DNA of 13,421 nucleotides, from contig JAZBOO010000207.1 in NCBI GenBank assembly GCA_036351155.1, positions 1 to 13,421 on the forward strand, given 5' to 3'. This DNA is from Candidatus Krumholzibacteriia bacterium. Its GTDB lineage: Bacteria; Krumholzibacteriota; Krumholzibacteriia; LZORAL124-64-63. Position numbers and translations under genes: made by a program. Of the stretch, positions 1-8,829 are shown piece after piece (the first letter of the stretch is position 1; every line of letters begins with the position of its first letter). A model generated the notes under the pieces. It did not search any database, was not told the DNA's origin, and worked only from the letters and a program-made list of their open reading frames with translations.

Positions 1-1
1 T

Positions 2-898
2 CTGAACACCGCTTTCTGGCAGGACGGACTGTACCTGGAGGTGGCCGATGGTGTGATCTTCGACCGCCCTGTCGAGCTATTTTACCTGACCAACAGCCAA
101 GCCACCGGAACCATGGTGTCGGCCCGCAATCAGATCCGCGCAGGCCAGGGCAGTCGGCTCACGGTGGTGGAGCATTTCACGGGTCCGGACACAGGCGCGG
201 TCATGAACACGCCCTTCACCGAGGTCTTCTGCGCCGAGGACTCCATCGTGCGCCACCTGAAGATCATCCGGGAAAGCGCCGAGCACCTGCACTTCGGCAG
301 CACCCACGTGCGGCAGATGGCCCGCAGCAGCTACACCAGTCGGGAGTTTGCCCTGGGCGGACAGAGTATCCGGCGCGAGCTGCACCTGGACCTCGATGGC
401 GAGGGTGCCAGCTGCGACCTGACTGCCCTGTACATGGGCAGCGAGAAGCAGCGTCTGGACATGCGCACCCGGGTCAACCACAACGTGCCCGGCTGCCAGA
501 CCAACGAGCTGTACAAAGGCTTGCTCGATGGCGAGGCCCGCGCGGTGTTTGACGGATTGATCAAGGTGGCCCGGGATGCCCAGCAAACCACCGCTTTCCA
601 GACCAACCGCAACCTGGTGCTTTCCGACGACACCATCAGCTACAGCATTCCGCGTCTGGAAATCTATGCCGATGACGTCAAATGCAGCCACGGCTCGACC
701 ACGGGCCAGCTGGACGACGAGCAGCTGTTTTTTCTGCGGACCCGCGGATTCGATCCCGTGACCGCCCGCATCATGCTGGCCAACGCCTTTGCCAGCGAGG
801 TGATCGAGGGCGTGCTGAACGCCGACCTGCGTAAGTCCTTGAGCCGGGAAATCGCCGACCGTCTGGGCCGCAGTTCGGTGGGCCGGGAGCAGTCATGA
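2..898 (+). CDS. sufD: Fe-S cluster assembly protein SufD (5' truncated by the window edge)
   Basis: The frame is open from position 2 (LNTAFWQDGLYLEV...), so the true start lies upstream of the window. It has SufB/SufD beta-helix signatures (AVFDGLIKV..AQQTTAFQTNRNLVLS, PRLEIYADDVKCSHGSTTGQLDDEQLFFLRTRG). The stop overlaps the sufS start (ATGA, 895-898). Confidence 0.93.
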   Translation: MNTAFWQDGLYLEVADGVIFDRPVELFYLTNSQATGTMVSARNQIRAGQGSRLTVVEHFTGPDTGAVMNTPFTEVFCAEDSIVRHLKIIRESAEHLHFGSTHVRQMARSSYTSREFALGGQSIRRELHLDLDGEGASCDLTALYMGSEKQRLDMRTRVNHNVPGCQTNELYKGLLDGEARAVFDGLIKVARDAQQTTAFQTNRNLVLSDDTISYSIPRLEIYADDVKCSHGSTTGQLDDEQLFFLRTRGFDPVTARIMLANAFASEVIEGVLNADLRKSLSREIADRLGRSSVGREQS

Positions 899-2130
899 CC
901 CCGTCGCCCGGCAACCTGGAACACGGCACCCTGCGGGGTGACTTCCCCATCTTCCGAACCGATGGCCAGGACAACGGCCTGGTGTTCCTGGACAGTGGAG
1001 CCAGCAGCCAGAAGCCACAGGCGGTGATCGACGCCGTGGCCGATTTCTATGGCACCAGCTACGCCAACATTCACCGCGGCGTGTACCGCCTGAGTGAACA
1101 GGCCACCGCCCGGTATGAAGAGGCGCGCGGCAAGGTCCGCTCCTTCATCAACGCCGGCCGGGACCGGGAAATCATCTTCGTGCGCGGGACCACCGAGGGC
1201 ATCAACCTTCTGAGCAGCACCCTCGGACGGCAACGGGTGGGCAAGGGTGACGAGGTGCTGATCACGCACCTTGAACACCATAGCAACATCGTCCCCTGGC
1301 AGATGCTCTGCGAGCAGACCGGGGCCCACCTTGTGGTCGCCCCCTTGAACGATCAGGGCGAGATCCCCTTCGACAGCTTTGCGGAAAAAATTTCGCCTCG
1401 AACCCGACTCATCTCGCTGGCTCACGTCTCCAACGCCCTGGGCACGATCAACCCGGTCAAGAAGATGATCGCCCTGGGCCATCAGCATGACATCCCGGTC
1501 ATTGTCGATGGGGCTCAGGCCGTGGCCCACTTGCCGGTGGATGTCCAGGACCTGGATTGCGATTTCTACGTGTTTTCGGGCCACAAGCTTTATGGTCCTA
1601 CCGGCATTGGCGTGGTGTACGGCAAGGAGGCCTTGCTGGAGGAGCTGCCTCCCTACCAGGGCGGTGGCGACATGATCGAATCGGTCACCTTCGCCAGGAC
1701 CACCTACGCCGCCCTGCCCGCCCGACTGGAGGCCGGGACCCCGAACATTGCCGGGGCCATTGGCCTGGGCGCAGCCATTGATTATGTTTCGGGCATCGGG
1801 TTTGCGGCCATCACCCGCCACAGCGAAGACCTGCTGGCCTACGGCACCCAGGTGCTGACAGCCATTCCGGGTTTACGCCTTATCGGCACCGCCGCTCACA
1901 AGGTGGCCATCTTGAGTTTCGTGCTGGACCAGGTTCATCCGCATGATGTGGGGACCTTCCTGGCCCAGGACAATGTCGCCATCAGAGCGGGGCACCACTG
2001 TGCCCAGCCGGTGATGGACTTCTTTGCCGTGCCCGCCACCACCCGGGCCAGCCTGGGTCTGTACAACACCCGGCACGACATCGACGCCCTGGCCAAGAGT
2101 TTGCACAACATTCTGGAGTTTTTCAGCTGA
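895..2130 (+). CDS. sufS: Group II PLP-dependent cysteine desulfurase SufS
   Basis: Motifs FLDSGASSQKP, YANIHRG, EHHSNIVPW, DGAQ, FSGHKLYGPTG (PLP lysine) and RAGHHCAQP (group II catalytic Cys motif). It sits between sufD and sufU with overlapping start/stop codons. Confidence 0.96.
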   Translation: MTPSPGNLEHGTLRGDFPIFRTDGQDNGLVFLDSGASSQKPQAVIDAVADFYGTSYANIHRGVYRLSEQATARYEEARGKVRSFINAGRDREIIFVRGTTEGINLLSSTLGRQRVGKGDEVLITHLEHHSNIVPWQMLCEQTGAHLVVAPLNDQGEIPFDSFAEKISPRTRLISLAHVSNALGTINPVKKMIALGHQHDIPVIVDGAQAVAHLPVDVQDLDCDFYVFSGHKLYGPTGIGVVYGKEALLEELPPYQGGGDMIESVTFARTTYAALPARLEAGTPNIAGAIGLGAAIDYVSGIGFAAITRHSEDLLAYGTQVLTAIPGLRLIGTAAHKVAILSFVLDQVHPHDVGTFLAQDNVAIRAGHHCAQPVMDFFAVPATTRASLGLYNTRHDIDALAKSLHNILEFFS

Positions 2131-2609
2131 TGAACGATCTGCGCGCCTTGTACCAATCGCTGATTCTCGACCATGGCAAGAACCCTCGCAACAAGAGGCC
2201 CATGGATCTGACCGGCCACGACGGTCATTGCCGCTGTACCGAGGGGTACAACCCCCTGTGCGGGGACAAGCTGACCCTTTACATCAAGGCCGATGGCGAC
2301 GACATCACCGACCTCAGCTTCGAGGGCGAAGGCTGCGCTATTTTCACAGCCAGTTCCAGCATGTTGACCGAGGTCCTGAAGGGCCGCAAGGTCAGCGAAG
2401 TGCGGGAAATCCTGGACAAGTATCTGGATATGCTGACCAAGGAAGAAGTGACCCCCGACCCCGAAGGCCTGGGCAAGCTGGCCGTGTTCGGCGGGGTCAA
2501 GGACTTCCCCACCCGGGTCAAGTGCGCCACCCTGCCCTGGCGGGCCCTCGAGGTGATCCTCGAGGGAGTGGACGGGAACCAGAAAATCGTCAGCACCGAC
2601 GGTTCCTGA
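2130..2609 (+). CDS. sufU: SUF system NifU-family sulfur-transfer protein SufU
   Basis: Motifs LYQSLILDHGKNPRN, NPLCGD, GEGCAI and RVKCATLPW give three conserved Cys plus Asp. TGATG overlap with sufS. Confidence 0.93.
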   Translation: MNDLRALYQSLILDHGKNPRNKRPMDLTGHDGHCRCTEGYNPLCGDKLTLYIKADGDDITDLSFEGEGCAIFTASSSMLTEVLKGRKVSEVREILDKYLDMLTKEEVTPDPEGLGKLAVFGGVKDFPTRVKCATLPWRALEVILEGVDGNQKIVSTDGS

Positions 2610-2711
2610 CCTCCCTTCAAAAAAACGCCGATTTCCTCGCCAAGATGCGTTACAATGGGCATTCGCCTGCCAACTCGGCATGACCATTGTGGTATTTCAG
2701 GGGGAATGGGT

Positions 2712-5342
2712 ATGTCTCGTCGATTTTTAATTCCAGGCCTTGTGATTCTGACCGTCCTCTCGTTCATCTTCTTGGGTGATATCTCCACACAAACGCCCCA
2801 GCGTCAGCCACAGCCCACAGACACCAGTTCCGGCATCCGTGCCTCGGCCCTGACCGGCCTCCAGCACCGTGACCTGGCCGGTGAACGCCGGGAATTCAAG
2901 CAGCAGCGGCGCGAGTATTTCGAGAGCATGCACAAAGCGGCCCCTGGGACTGACTGGAAGGCCATGGACGAAGCCACCCGGGCCCGCCTGACCGCCGAGC
3001 GCGCCCAGGAGCGCCGGGTTCTGCGGAACCGCGGCCAAGATCCCGACATGCAGCCGTTGATCCTGACCGGCAAGCGTGAGGCCCGTGGTATCTGGACCGA
3101 AAAAGGCAGCAACAACCTCGCCGGGCGCATGCACACGACCACCGTCCACGAGGGCTCGATCTACGCTGGATCCTCGGGCGGCATCGTGTGGCGGGGATCG
3201 GTGGCCGGCGAAAACTGGACCCCCTTGAACGACTGGCTGCGCATGCCCAGCATCGCCACGGTCGAGATTCTGCCCCAGGGGGGCAGCCACCGGATCGTGG
3301 TCTTCCACAACGGCCCCAGCCTGGTGCACTACAGCGATGACGAGGGCCTGGACTGGATACCCGCCACCGGGCTGAACGGGCCCGACAGCTGGGGCTCGCC
3401 CATCCGGGCCGAGCTCCTGGGTGATGCCGCGCAAACCCTGTTCCTCGCGGCCCAGGAATGGAACTACGCGGACTGGAACGAAGCCGTGGGCTTTTATCGT
3501 TCCGCCGATCGCGGCGCCTCCTTTCAGCAGTTGCAGCTGTTCGACGTGGGCAAGGCACTGGTGGATATCTGGTGCCCGCCCGGTGAAGACAGCCCCGGCT
3601 ACCTGATCCAGGACAAAACACTCTTCAGCTTCGACCAGGCCGGAATCCTGACTCCAGTGGGCACCCTGCCTGCGGCCCATGCCTCCAGCGCCGTGACCCG
3701 CACCCACCTGCGAGGTCGCACCACTGCTGACGGCGCCGATCTCTACATCGCCTTCTCCATGAACGATGGAACCAGCCTGATCTACTCCGCCCTTTCCGGG
3801 GGATCGGCCATGGCCTACCGGGGGGTCGCCCCCGAAGGCACCTTCATGAACAACAGCTTTGAGGTGAGCCAGGAGAAGGACGGCGAGCTTTACATTGGCG
3901 GTGTGGACGCTTACCGCAGCATCAACGGCGGCCAATCGTGGATCCGGGTCAATCACTGGTACGAGTACTACGACAACATGGTTGGCCGGCTCCACGCCGA
4001 CATCCCCGGCATCCACATCTACCACGACGGCACGTCAGAGAAAGTGCTGGTCTCCACCGATGGCGGAATTTTTTCCAGCGGCAACGGCCTGGTCAGTGTG
4101 CAGAACATCAGCCTCGCAGGCATGCGCATCAGCCAGTATTACGATGTGTACACCCACCAGACTCAGCCCGAGGTGGTTTTTGCCGGCGCCCAGGATCAGG
4201 GCTTCCAGCGCAGCCTGGGCGATGACGGGGGCATCATGGACTTCCAGCAGACCATCAGCGGCGATTACGCCCACCTGGTCTCGGGCAACGGCGGGTCCAG
4301 CATCTGGTGCGTCTACCCCGGCTTTGCCATGTACTATCCCAACGCCGTCAACAGTACTTCGGCCCAGTTCTGGGATTTCACCGTCAGCGGACAGTACTGG
4401 CTCCCCCCCCTGATGGCCGACCCCAGCAACCCGGCCCGTTGCTGGCTGGGTGGCGGATCCAGCGGCAGCGGTGACCACCTGGTGGCCCTGAACTCCGTGT
4501 CGGGCAATATCACCGCCACCGAGCAGTCCCATGATTTCGGTGACCGCATTTCCGCCCTGGCCTTCTCCCCCTTGCAAACGGCCCATCGCTATGTCATGAC
4601 CGGAAACGGGAACTTCCACTACAGCACCAACGGCGGCGGTTCCTGGACCCAGTCGCCCGCCTTCTCAGGGCCGGAGGGGCACTACTTCCATGGGGCCACC
4701 ATTGTCCCCTCGCCCGAGGATCCGGAAACGGTCTGGATCGGCGGCAGCGGTTACTCCAACCCGCCGGTCTATGTCAGCGCCGATCACGGTCAGAGCTTCA
4801 GCGCCCTGGCCGATGGCCTGCCCTCGACCCTGGTCTACATGATGGACGTCAGCGACAACGGCCAGTGGCTCTTCGCCGCCACCGAGGTGGGCCCTTACGT
4901 CCTGAACCTGGACGAGACCACCTGGCAGCCCATCGCCGGCACCGGGGCCCCGGACCAGGTCTACTGGAGCGTGGAATGGGTAGAGGCCCTCCAGGTTGCC
5001 CGATTCGCCACTTACGGCCGCGGAATCTGGGATTTCGCCGTGGACACGGGTTCCCCCGCCTCCGAGGACCTTCCCCTGGTCTCGCATTTCGATTTACGCG
5101 CCGCCCCCAACCCGTTCAACCCCATCAGCAAGATCAGTTTCGAGATCGGCCAGGCGGGCCCGGTCCAGCTCGATCTTTACAACGTGCGCGGGGCCAAGGT
5201 AGCCGAGGTTTTCCGGGGCCATCTCGAACCCGGACGACATGAAAAGAACCTCGAGGGGTATCGTCTGGCTTCGGGTATTTATCTCTTGCGGCTGCATGCC
5301 GGAGGTCGGCACGAAGATTTGAGGGTGACCCTGGTCAAATAG
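2712..5342 (+). CDS. Secreted BNR/Asp-box (VPS10/sialidase-like) beta-propeller protein with C-terminal T9SS type A / FlgD-Ig-like sorting domain
   Basis: The start is placed at ATG 2712 (AGGGG at 2699-2703), giving the signal/anchor MSRRFLIPGLVILTVLSFIFLG. The ORF track's 2655 start is probably too long. It has at least five Asp-box repeats (YSDDEGLDW, YRSADRGASF, YRSINGGQSW, YSTNGGGSW, YVSADHGQSF) and the propeller end ATYGRGIWDF. The tail is APNPFNP...LYNVRGAKV...LASGIYLLRL...VTLVK. The substrate cannot be determined. Confidence 0.8.
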   Translation: MSRRFLIPGLVILTVLSFIFLGDISTQTPQRQPQPTDTSSGIRASALTGLQHRDLAGERREFKQQRREYFESMHKAAPGTDWKAMDEATRARLTAERAQERRVLRNRGQDPDMQPLILTGKREARGIWTEKGSNNLAGRMHTTTVHEGSIYAGSSGGIVWRGSVAGENWTPLNDWLRMPSIATVEILPQGGSHRIVVFHNGPSLVHYSDDEGLDWIPATGLNGPDSWGSPIRAELLGDAAQTLFLAAQEWNYADWNEAVGFYRSADRGASFQQLQLFDVGKALVDIWCPPGEDSPGYLIQDKTLFSFDQAGILTPVGTLPAAHASSAVTRTHLRGRTTADGADLYIAFSMNDGTSLIYSALSGGSAMAYRGVAPEGTFMNNSFEVSQEKDGELYIGGVDAYRSINGGQSWIRVNHWYEYYDNMVGRLHADIPGIHIYHDGTSEKVLVSTDGGIFSSGNGLVSVQNISLAGMRISQYYDVYTHQTQPEVVFAGAQDQGFQRSLGDDGGIMDFQQTISGDYAHLVSGNGGSSIWCVYPGFAMYYPNAVNSTSAQFWDFTVSGQYWLPPLMADPSNPARCWLGGGSSGSGDHLVALNSVSGNITATEQSHDFGDRISALAFSPLQTAHRYVMTGNGNFHYSTNGGGSWTQSPAFSGPEGHYFHGATIVPSPEDPETVWIGGSGYSNPPVYVSADHGQSFSALADGLPSTLVYMMDVSDNGQWLFAATEVGPYVLNLDETTWQPIAGTGAPDQVYWSVEWVEALQVARFATYGRGIWDFAVDTGSPASEDLPLVSHFDLRAAPNPFNPISKISFEIGQAGPVQLDLYNVRGAKVAEVFRGHLEPGRHEKNLEGYRLASGIYLLRLHAGGRHEDLRVTLVK

Positions 5343-5344
5343 CC

Positions 5345-5366
5345 GGGGTTCACCCCTCCATTTTTT
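5345..5366 (+). terminator. Weak possible intrinsic terminator after the beta-propeller gene
   Basis: GGGG-TTCA-CCCC hairpin, then TCCA and T6. The stem is short and not directly adjacent to the U-tract. Confidence 0.3.
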
Positions 5367-5371
5367 CAAGT

Positions 5372-5445
5372 TCCGGGTTGGGCTCCGAGGCGATCTATCC
5401 TATCCTGTAGGAATCACACGCCTTTATTCTAGCCCAACCTGGAGG
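5372..5445 (+). promoter_or_regulatory. Nested inverted repeat / extended stem-loop overlapping the ovoA Shine-Dalgarno
   Basis: TCCGGGTTGGGCT (5372-5384) pairs with AGCCCAACCTGGA (5431-5443), 13 bp with one G-U. GAGGCG (5387-5392) pairs with CGCCTT (5419-5424). TCCTA (5398-5402) pairs with TAGGA (5408-5412). The SD GGAGG is at 5441-5445. Confidence 0.5.
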
Positions 5446-5453
5446 CCTTTCCG

Positions 5454-7586
5454 ATGCTGCAGGCAGCCCGGACGCCCGTTCTGAACACCGGCACCCCCGA
5501 AGAAAAACGCGCGGAGATCAAAGCCTATTTCCAGAACACCTGGGAACTGTACACCCGTCTGTTCGATGTGATGGCAGGCGATGAAGCCTACTTCATGCGA
5601 GCCGACCCACTGCGGCATCCCATCATTTTCTACCTGGGCCATACCGCCTGCTTCTTCGTGAACAAGCTGGTGCTGGCCAAGGCCATCAGCCAGCGGGTGA
5701 ACCCCCGTTTCGAGTCCATTTTCGCCATCGGCGTGGACGAGATGAGCTGGGACGACCTCAACGAATCCAACTACGACTGGCCCACCGTGGCCGAGGTCTG
5801 GGAATACCGGCGCCAGGTGCAGGCTGTGGTGGAGCAGGTCATCGACGAGATGCCCCTGACCTTGCCCATCGGCTGGGACGACCCCTTCTGGGTTATCCTG
5901 ATGGGAATCGAGCACGAACGAATCCACCTGGAAACCAGTTCGGTGTTGATGCGGCAGCTGCCCCTGGACCAGGTCCGCGACAGCGACCAGTGGCCGATTT
6001 GCCCTGACGGTGGCCCCGCTCCCGCCAACTCTTTGCAGGAAGTGCCCGCCGGCCCGGTCAACCTGGGCAAGGAAGACGGCCATCCCCTGTACGGCTGGGA
6101 CAACGAGTACGGCGAGCAAACCGCCGACATCCCTTCCTTCGCGGCCGGAAAGTTCCTGGTCAGCAATGGGGAATTCCACAAGTTCGTGCAAGATGGTGGA
6201 TACCGTCAGGAAGAATACTGGACCGAAGAGGGCTGGAAGTGGCGGACCTACCGTCAGGCCGAACACCCGATCTTCTGGGTGAAGGACGATCAGGACGGTT
6301 TTCGCCTGCGCTGCCTGACCCGTGAAATCCCCATGCCCTGGAACTGGCCCGCCGAGGTGAACTACCTCGAGGCCAAGGCCTTCTGCAACTGGAAGGCCAA
6401 GGCCACTGGAGAGCCCATCCGCCTGCCCACGGAGCAGGAATGGCACCGTTTGCTGGACCACAGCGGAGTGCCCGATCAACCCGACTGGGACACCCCACCC
6501 GGAAACATCCACCTGTCCGAGGGGGCCTCGTCCTGCCCTGTGGACCGGCACATGCACGCCGGCTTTGGCGATGTGATGGGGAACGTCTGGCAGTGGACCG
6601 AGACACCCATCAGCGGGTTCAAAGGATTCCGCGTGCATCCCTTGTACGATGATTTTTCCACCCCGACCTTCGACACCCGACACAACCTGATCAAGGGCGG
6701 GAGCTGGATCTCCACGGGGAACGAAGCCACCCATCATGCACGCTACGCTTTCCGGCGCCATTTTTTCCAGCACGCCGGGTTCCGCTACGTGCGGACCGAC
6801 CGTCCCGTGGTGCTCGCCGAGGACATCTACGAGACCGATGACCTGGTCAGCCAGTACTGCGAGTTCCATTATGGGGCCGAGTACTACGGAGTGCCCAACT
6901 TCAAGGTCCAGCTGGCGGAGATCTGCCGCGAAGCCTGTGCCGGCCGGTCCATCAAGCGCGCCATGGACCTGGGATGCGCCACCGGACGCGGGGCCTTCGA
7001 GCTGGCCCGGTTCTGCGACTTCGTGACGGGTATCGATTTCTCGGCCCGGTTCATCCGGGTGGGACACCAGATGCAGGAGCAGGGATTCACCCGGTACTCC
7101 ATCATCGAAGAAGGTGACCTGGTCAGCTACCACGAAAAGACGCTGGCCGAGTTCGGCCTGGAAGACACGCGTGACCGGGTGGAGTTCTGGCAGGGTGATG
7201 CCCACAACCTCAAGGAGCAGTTCACAGGGTATGACCTGATCCTGGCCGCCAACCTGATAGACCGCCTCTACGACCCGGCCCTGTTCCTCAAGAAAATCCA
7301 GGAACGTATCAACCCGGGCGGCCTGCTGATCATCGCCTCGCCCTACACCTGGCTCGAGGATTTCACGCCCCGTGAAAAATGGCTGGGCGGCAAGAAGGTG
7401 GACGGTGAGAACGTGACCACACTGGAAGGCCTGCACAAGGCACTTGAACCTGCCTTCCACCTGGTGGGCGAGCCCCGGGATGTGGAGTTCGTGATCCGGG
7501 AAACCCGACGCAAATTCCAGCACACCACCAGTCAGTTGACGGTCTGGGAGAAGTCACACCAAGGCCCCACCGTCCACATGCCTTGA
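5454..7586 (+). CDS. ovoA: 5-histidylcysteine sulfoxide synthase / methyltransferase OvoA (ovothiol biosynthesis)
   Basis: DinB-like N-terminus (PLRHPIIFYLGHTA) with the iron-binding HX3HXE motif HERIHLE (5913-5933). FGE-sulfatase-like middle (YGWDNEYG, RLPTEQEW, GNVWQWT, HPLYDDFSTPTFD, KGGSWISTGNEA, RYAFRRHFFQHAGFRY). C-terminal SAM methyltransferase (AMDLGCATGRG, NLIDRLYDP, SPYTWLE, FVIRETRRKFQHT). SD GGAGG lies 8 nt upstream. Confidence 0.93.
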   Translation: MLQAARTPVLNTGTPEEKRAEIKAYFQNTWELYTRLFDVMAGDEAYFMRADPLRHPIIFYLGHTACFFVNKLVLAKAISQRVNPRFESIFAIGVDEMSWDDLNESNYDWPTVAEVWEYRRQVQAVVEQVIDEMPLTLPIGWDDPFWVILMGIEHERIHLETSSVLMRQLPLDQVRDSDQWPICPDGGPAPANSLQEVPAGPVNLGKEDGHPLYGWDNEYGEQTADIPSFAAGKFLVSNGEFHKFVQDGGYRQEEYWTEEGWKWRTYRQAEHPIFWVKDDQDGFRLRCLTREIPMPWNWPAEVNYLEAKAFCNWKAKATGEPIRLPTEQEWHRLLDHSGVPDQPDWDTPPGNIHLSEGASSCPVDRHMHAGFGDVMGNVWQWTETPISGFKGFRVHPLYDDFSTPTFDTRHNLIKGGSWISTGNEATHHARYAFRRHFFQHAGFRYVRTDRPVVLAEDIYETDDLVSQYCEFHYGAEYYGVPNFKVQLAEICREACAGRSIKRAMDLGCATGRGAFELARFCDFVTGIDFSARFIRVGHQMQEQGFTRYSIIEEGDLVSYHEKTLAEFGLEDTRDRVEFWQGDAHNLKEQFTGYDLILAANLIDRLYDPALFLKKIQERINPGGLLIIASPYTWLEDFTPREKWLGGKKVDGENVTTLEGLHKALEPAFHLVGEPRDVEFVIRETRRKFQHTTSQLTVWEKSHQGPTVHMP

Positions 7587-7602
7587 GGTTCAACAGCCAG
7601 AG

Positions 7603-7631
7603 TTGACAACGCATTTCCCGTGGTGGATGAT
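7603..7631 (+). promoter_or_regulatory. Putative sigma70-type promoter for the B12-binding protein/kinase pair
   Basis: TTGACA (7603-7608), 17-nt spacer, GATGAT (7626-7631), in the intergenic region. Confidence 0.4.
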
Positions 7632-7724
7632 GGACCTGGGATGAGGCTGGTGAACGGGGGATCTGCTGGCCGCGCTTTCTCCTGGTGCGGACAAGAGGTT
7701 TTTTTTCGCAGGAATGGGGAAAGC

Positions 7725-8828
7725 ATGAGCATGGCCGATCTCCTGGAGACTGCCGGCACACTTCCGTTGGTGTCACCCGACCACTGGACCCTGTTCCGGC
7801 AAAATCGAACCAGCCTTGTTCAGGAAATGGACACCGCACTTTCCGCCCGACCTGACATCATGACCCTTCTGGGAAACAATGCGCTGGCGATCATGGAGCA
7901 AAATCATCGTCACCACGCAGACTTCATGGTGTCCGTCTTCAAACTGGGCGATTTCCAGCTGCTGGCCCGCAACCTGCCCTGGATCTACCGTAGCTACCAC
8001 GCACACGGCTTTAACTTCGACTATTTCCAGGTGGAACTGGACCAGTGGCGCCGTTGCATTCGGGACATGCTGCCCCCGGCCGTTTCGGCAGCCATCATCC
8101 CCATCTACGACTGGATGCTGGATCAACACGAAAGGGTGGTGGCCCTGGCACTGGCCGCCCCCCAGGTCAGCACCACCCTGGTGCCCGAAGCCGAAGTCTT
8201 GAAAAGCGCCTTTGTTGCGGCCGCCTTGCGAGGGGACTCCCGCTCCTGTGTGAAAATTGCCAGCGATTCCGTCCCCTCCGTTATGGATATGGAGGCTTTT
8301 TACCTGCAGGTGCTGCAACCCGCCCTGCACAAGGTCGGCCAGTTGTGGGAAAATGCGGAAATCAGCGTTGCTCAGGAGCATCTGGCCGCGGCAATCGTCA
8401 ACAGAGTTATGGCAATATTCAACAACGAGATGCCTCTGACCGAAACCTGGCGTGGAAGCATCCTGGTCAGTGCAGCACCCAGCGAGTTCCATGAAATCGG
8501 AGCCAGAATGCTGGCCGATGTGCTGGAGCTCGATGGCTGGGAAATCCTCTTCACCGGCGCGAATGTCCCCCTGGACCAGCTCATGCTGTTGATCGAAGAG
8601 GCAAGTCCCGACATCCTGGCCATTTCTGTGACCATTCCCGCCCACCTGGCGGGGGCCCAGGACATCATCGAAGCCGCCCGGAACAGTCAGCTTTGCGCAG
8701 GTATGAAAATCCTGGTTGGCGGAGGCGCCTTTCGTGAATCCGACGACCTCTGGGAAAAAATGGGCGCCGATGGGTACGCCCTTGACGCCAGAGAAGCCAA
8801 GGAACTGGTCCGAACATGGCAGGACTGA
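7725..8828 (+). CDS. Cobalamin (B12)-binding domain protein, CarH-type, with N-terminal helical globin-like domain and no HTH
   Basis: W-x9-EH motif WENAEISVAQEH (8346-8381), ExHxxG motif EFHEIG (8484-8501), SVT and LVGGGAF of the B12 Rossmann fold. The start is placed at ATG 7725 or 7731 after GGGGA (7716-7720). The 7620 GTG start looks over-extended. The fold call for the N-terminal domain is inference. Confidence 0.82.
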   Translation: MSMADLLETAGTLPLVSPDHWTLFRQNRTSLVQEMDTALSARPDIMTLLGNNALAIMEQNHRHHADFMVSVFKLGDFQLLARNLPWIYRSYHAHGFNFDYFQVELDQWRRCIRDMLPPAVSAAIIPIYDWMLDQHERVVALALAAPQVSTTLVPEAEVLKSAFVAAALRGDSRSCVKIASDSVPSVMDMEAFYLQVLQPALHKVGQLWENAEISVAQEHLAAAIVNRVMAIFNNEMPLTETWRGSILVSAAPSEFHEIGARMLADVLELDGWEILFTGANVPLDQLMLLIEEASPDILAISVTIPAHLAGAQDIIEAARNSQLCAGMKILVGGGAFRESDDLWEKMGADGYALDAREAKELVRTWQD

Positions 8829-8829
8829 T

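Noticed and set aside
2628..2656. TACAAT -10-like hexamer (2651-2656) upstream of the beta-propeller gene
   Set aside because: There is no credible -35 at the proper spacing, so it is too weak to call.
5424..7523. 699-aa antisense ORF opposite ovoA
   Set aside because: It has no recognisable motifs and mirrors a well-supported gene. Long shadow ORFs are expected with strong GC3 bias.
7632..7706. Possible cobalamin riboswitch or attenuator before the B12-binding gene (T8 run at 7699-7706)
   Set aside because: It is too short, has no B12-box, and has only a poorly paired hairpin before the T-run.
8716..8829. ORF-track N-terminal extension of the kinase overlapping the B12 gene by 113 nt
   Set aside because: GTG 8830 with an AGGA SD just after the upstream stop is the more parsimonious start.
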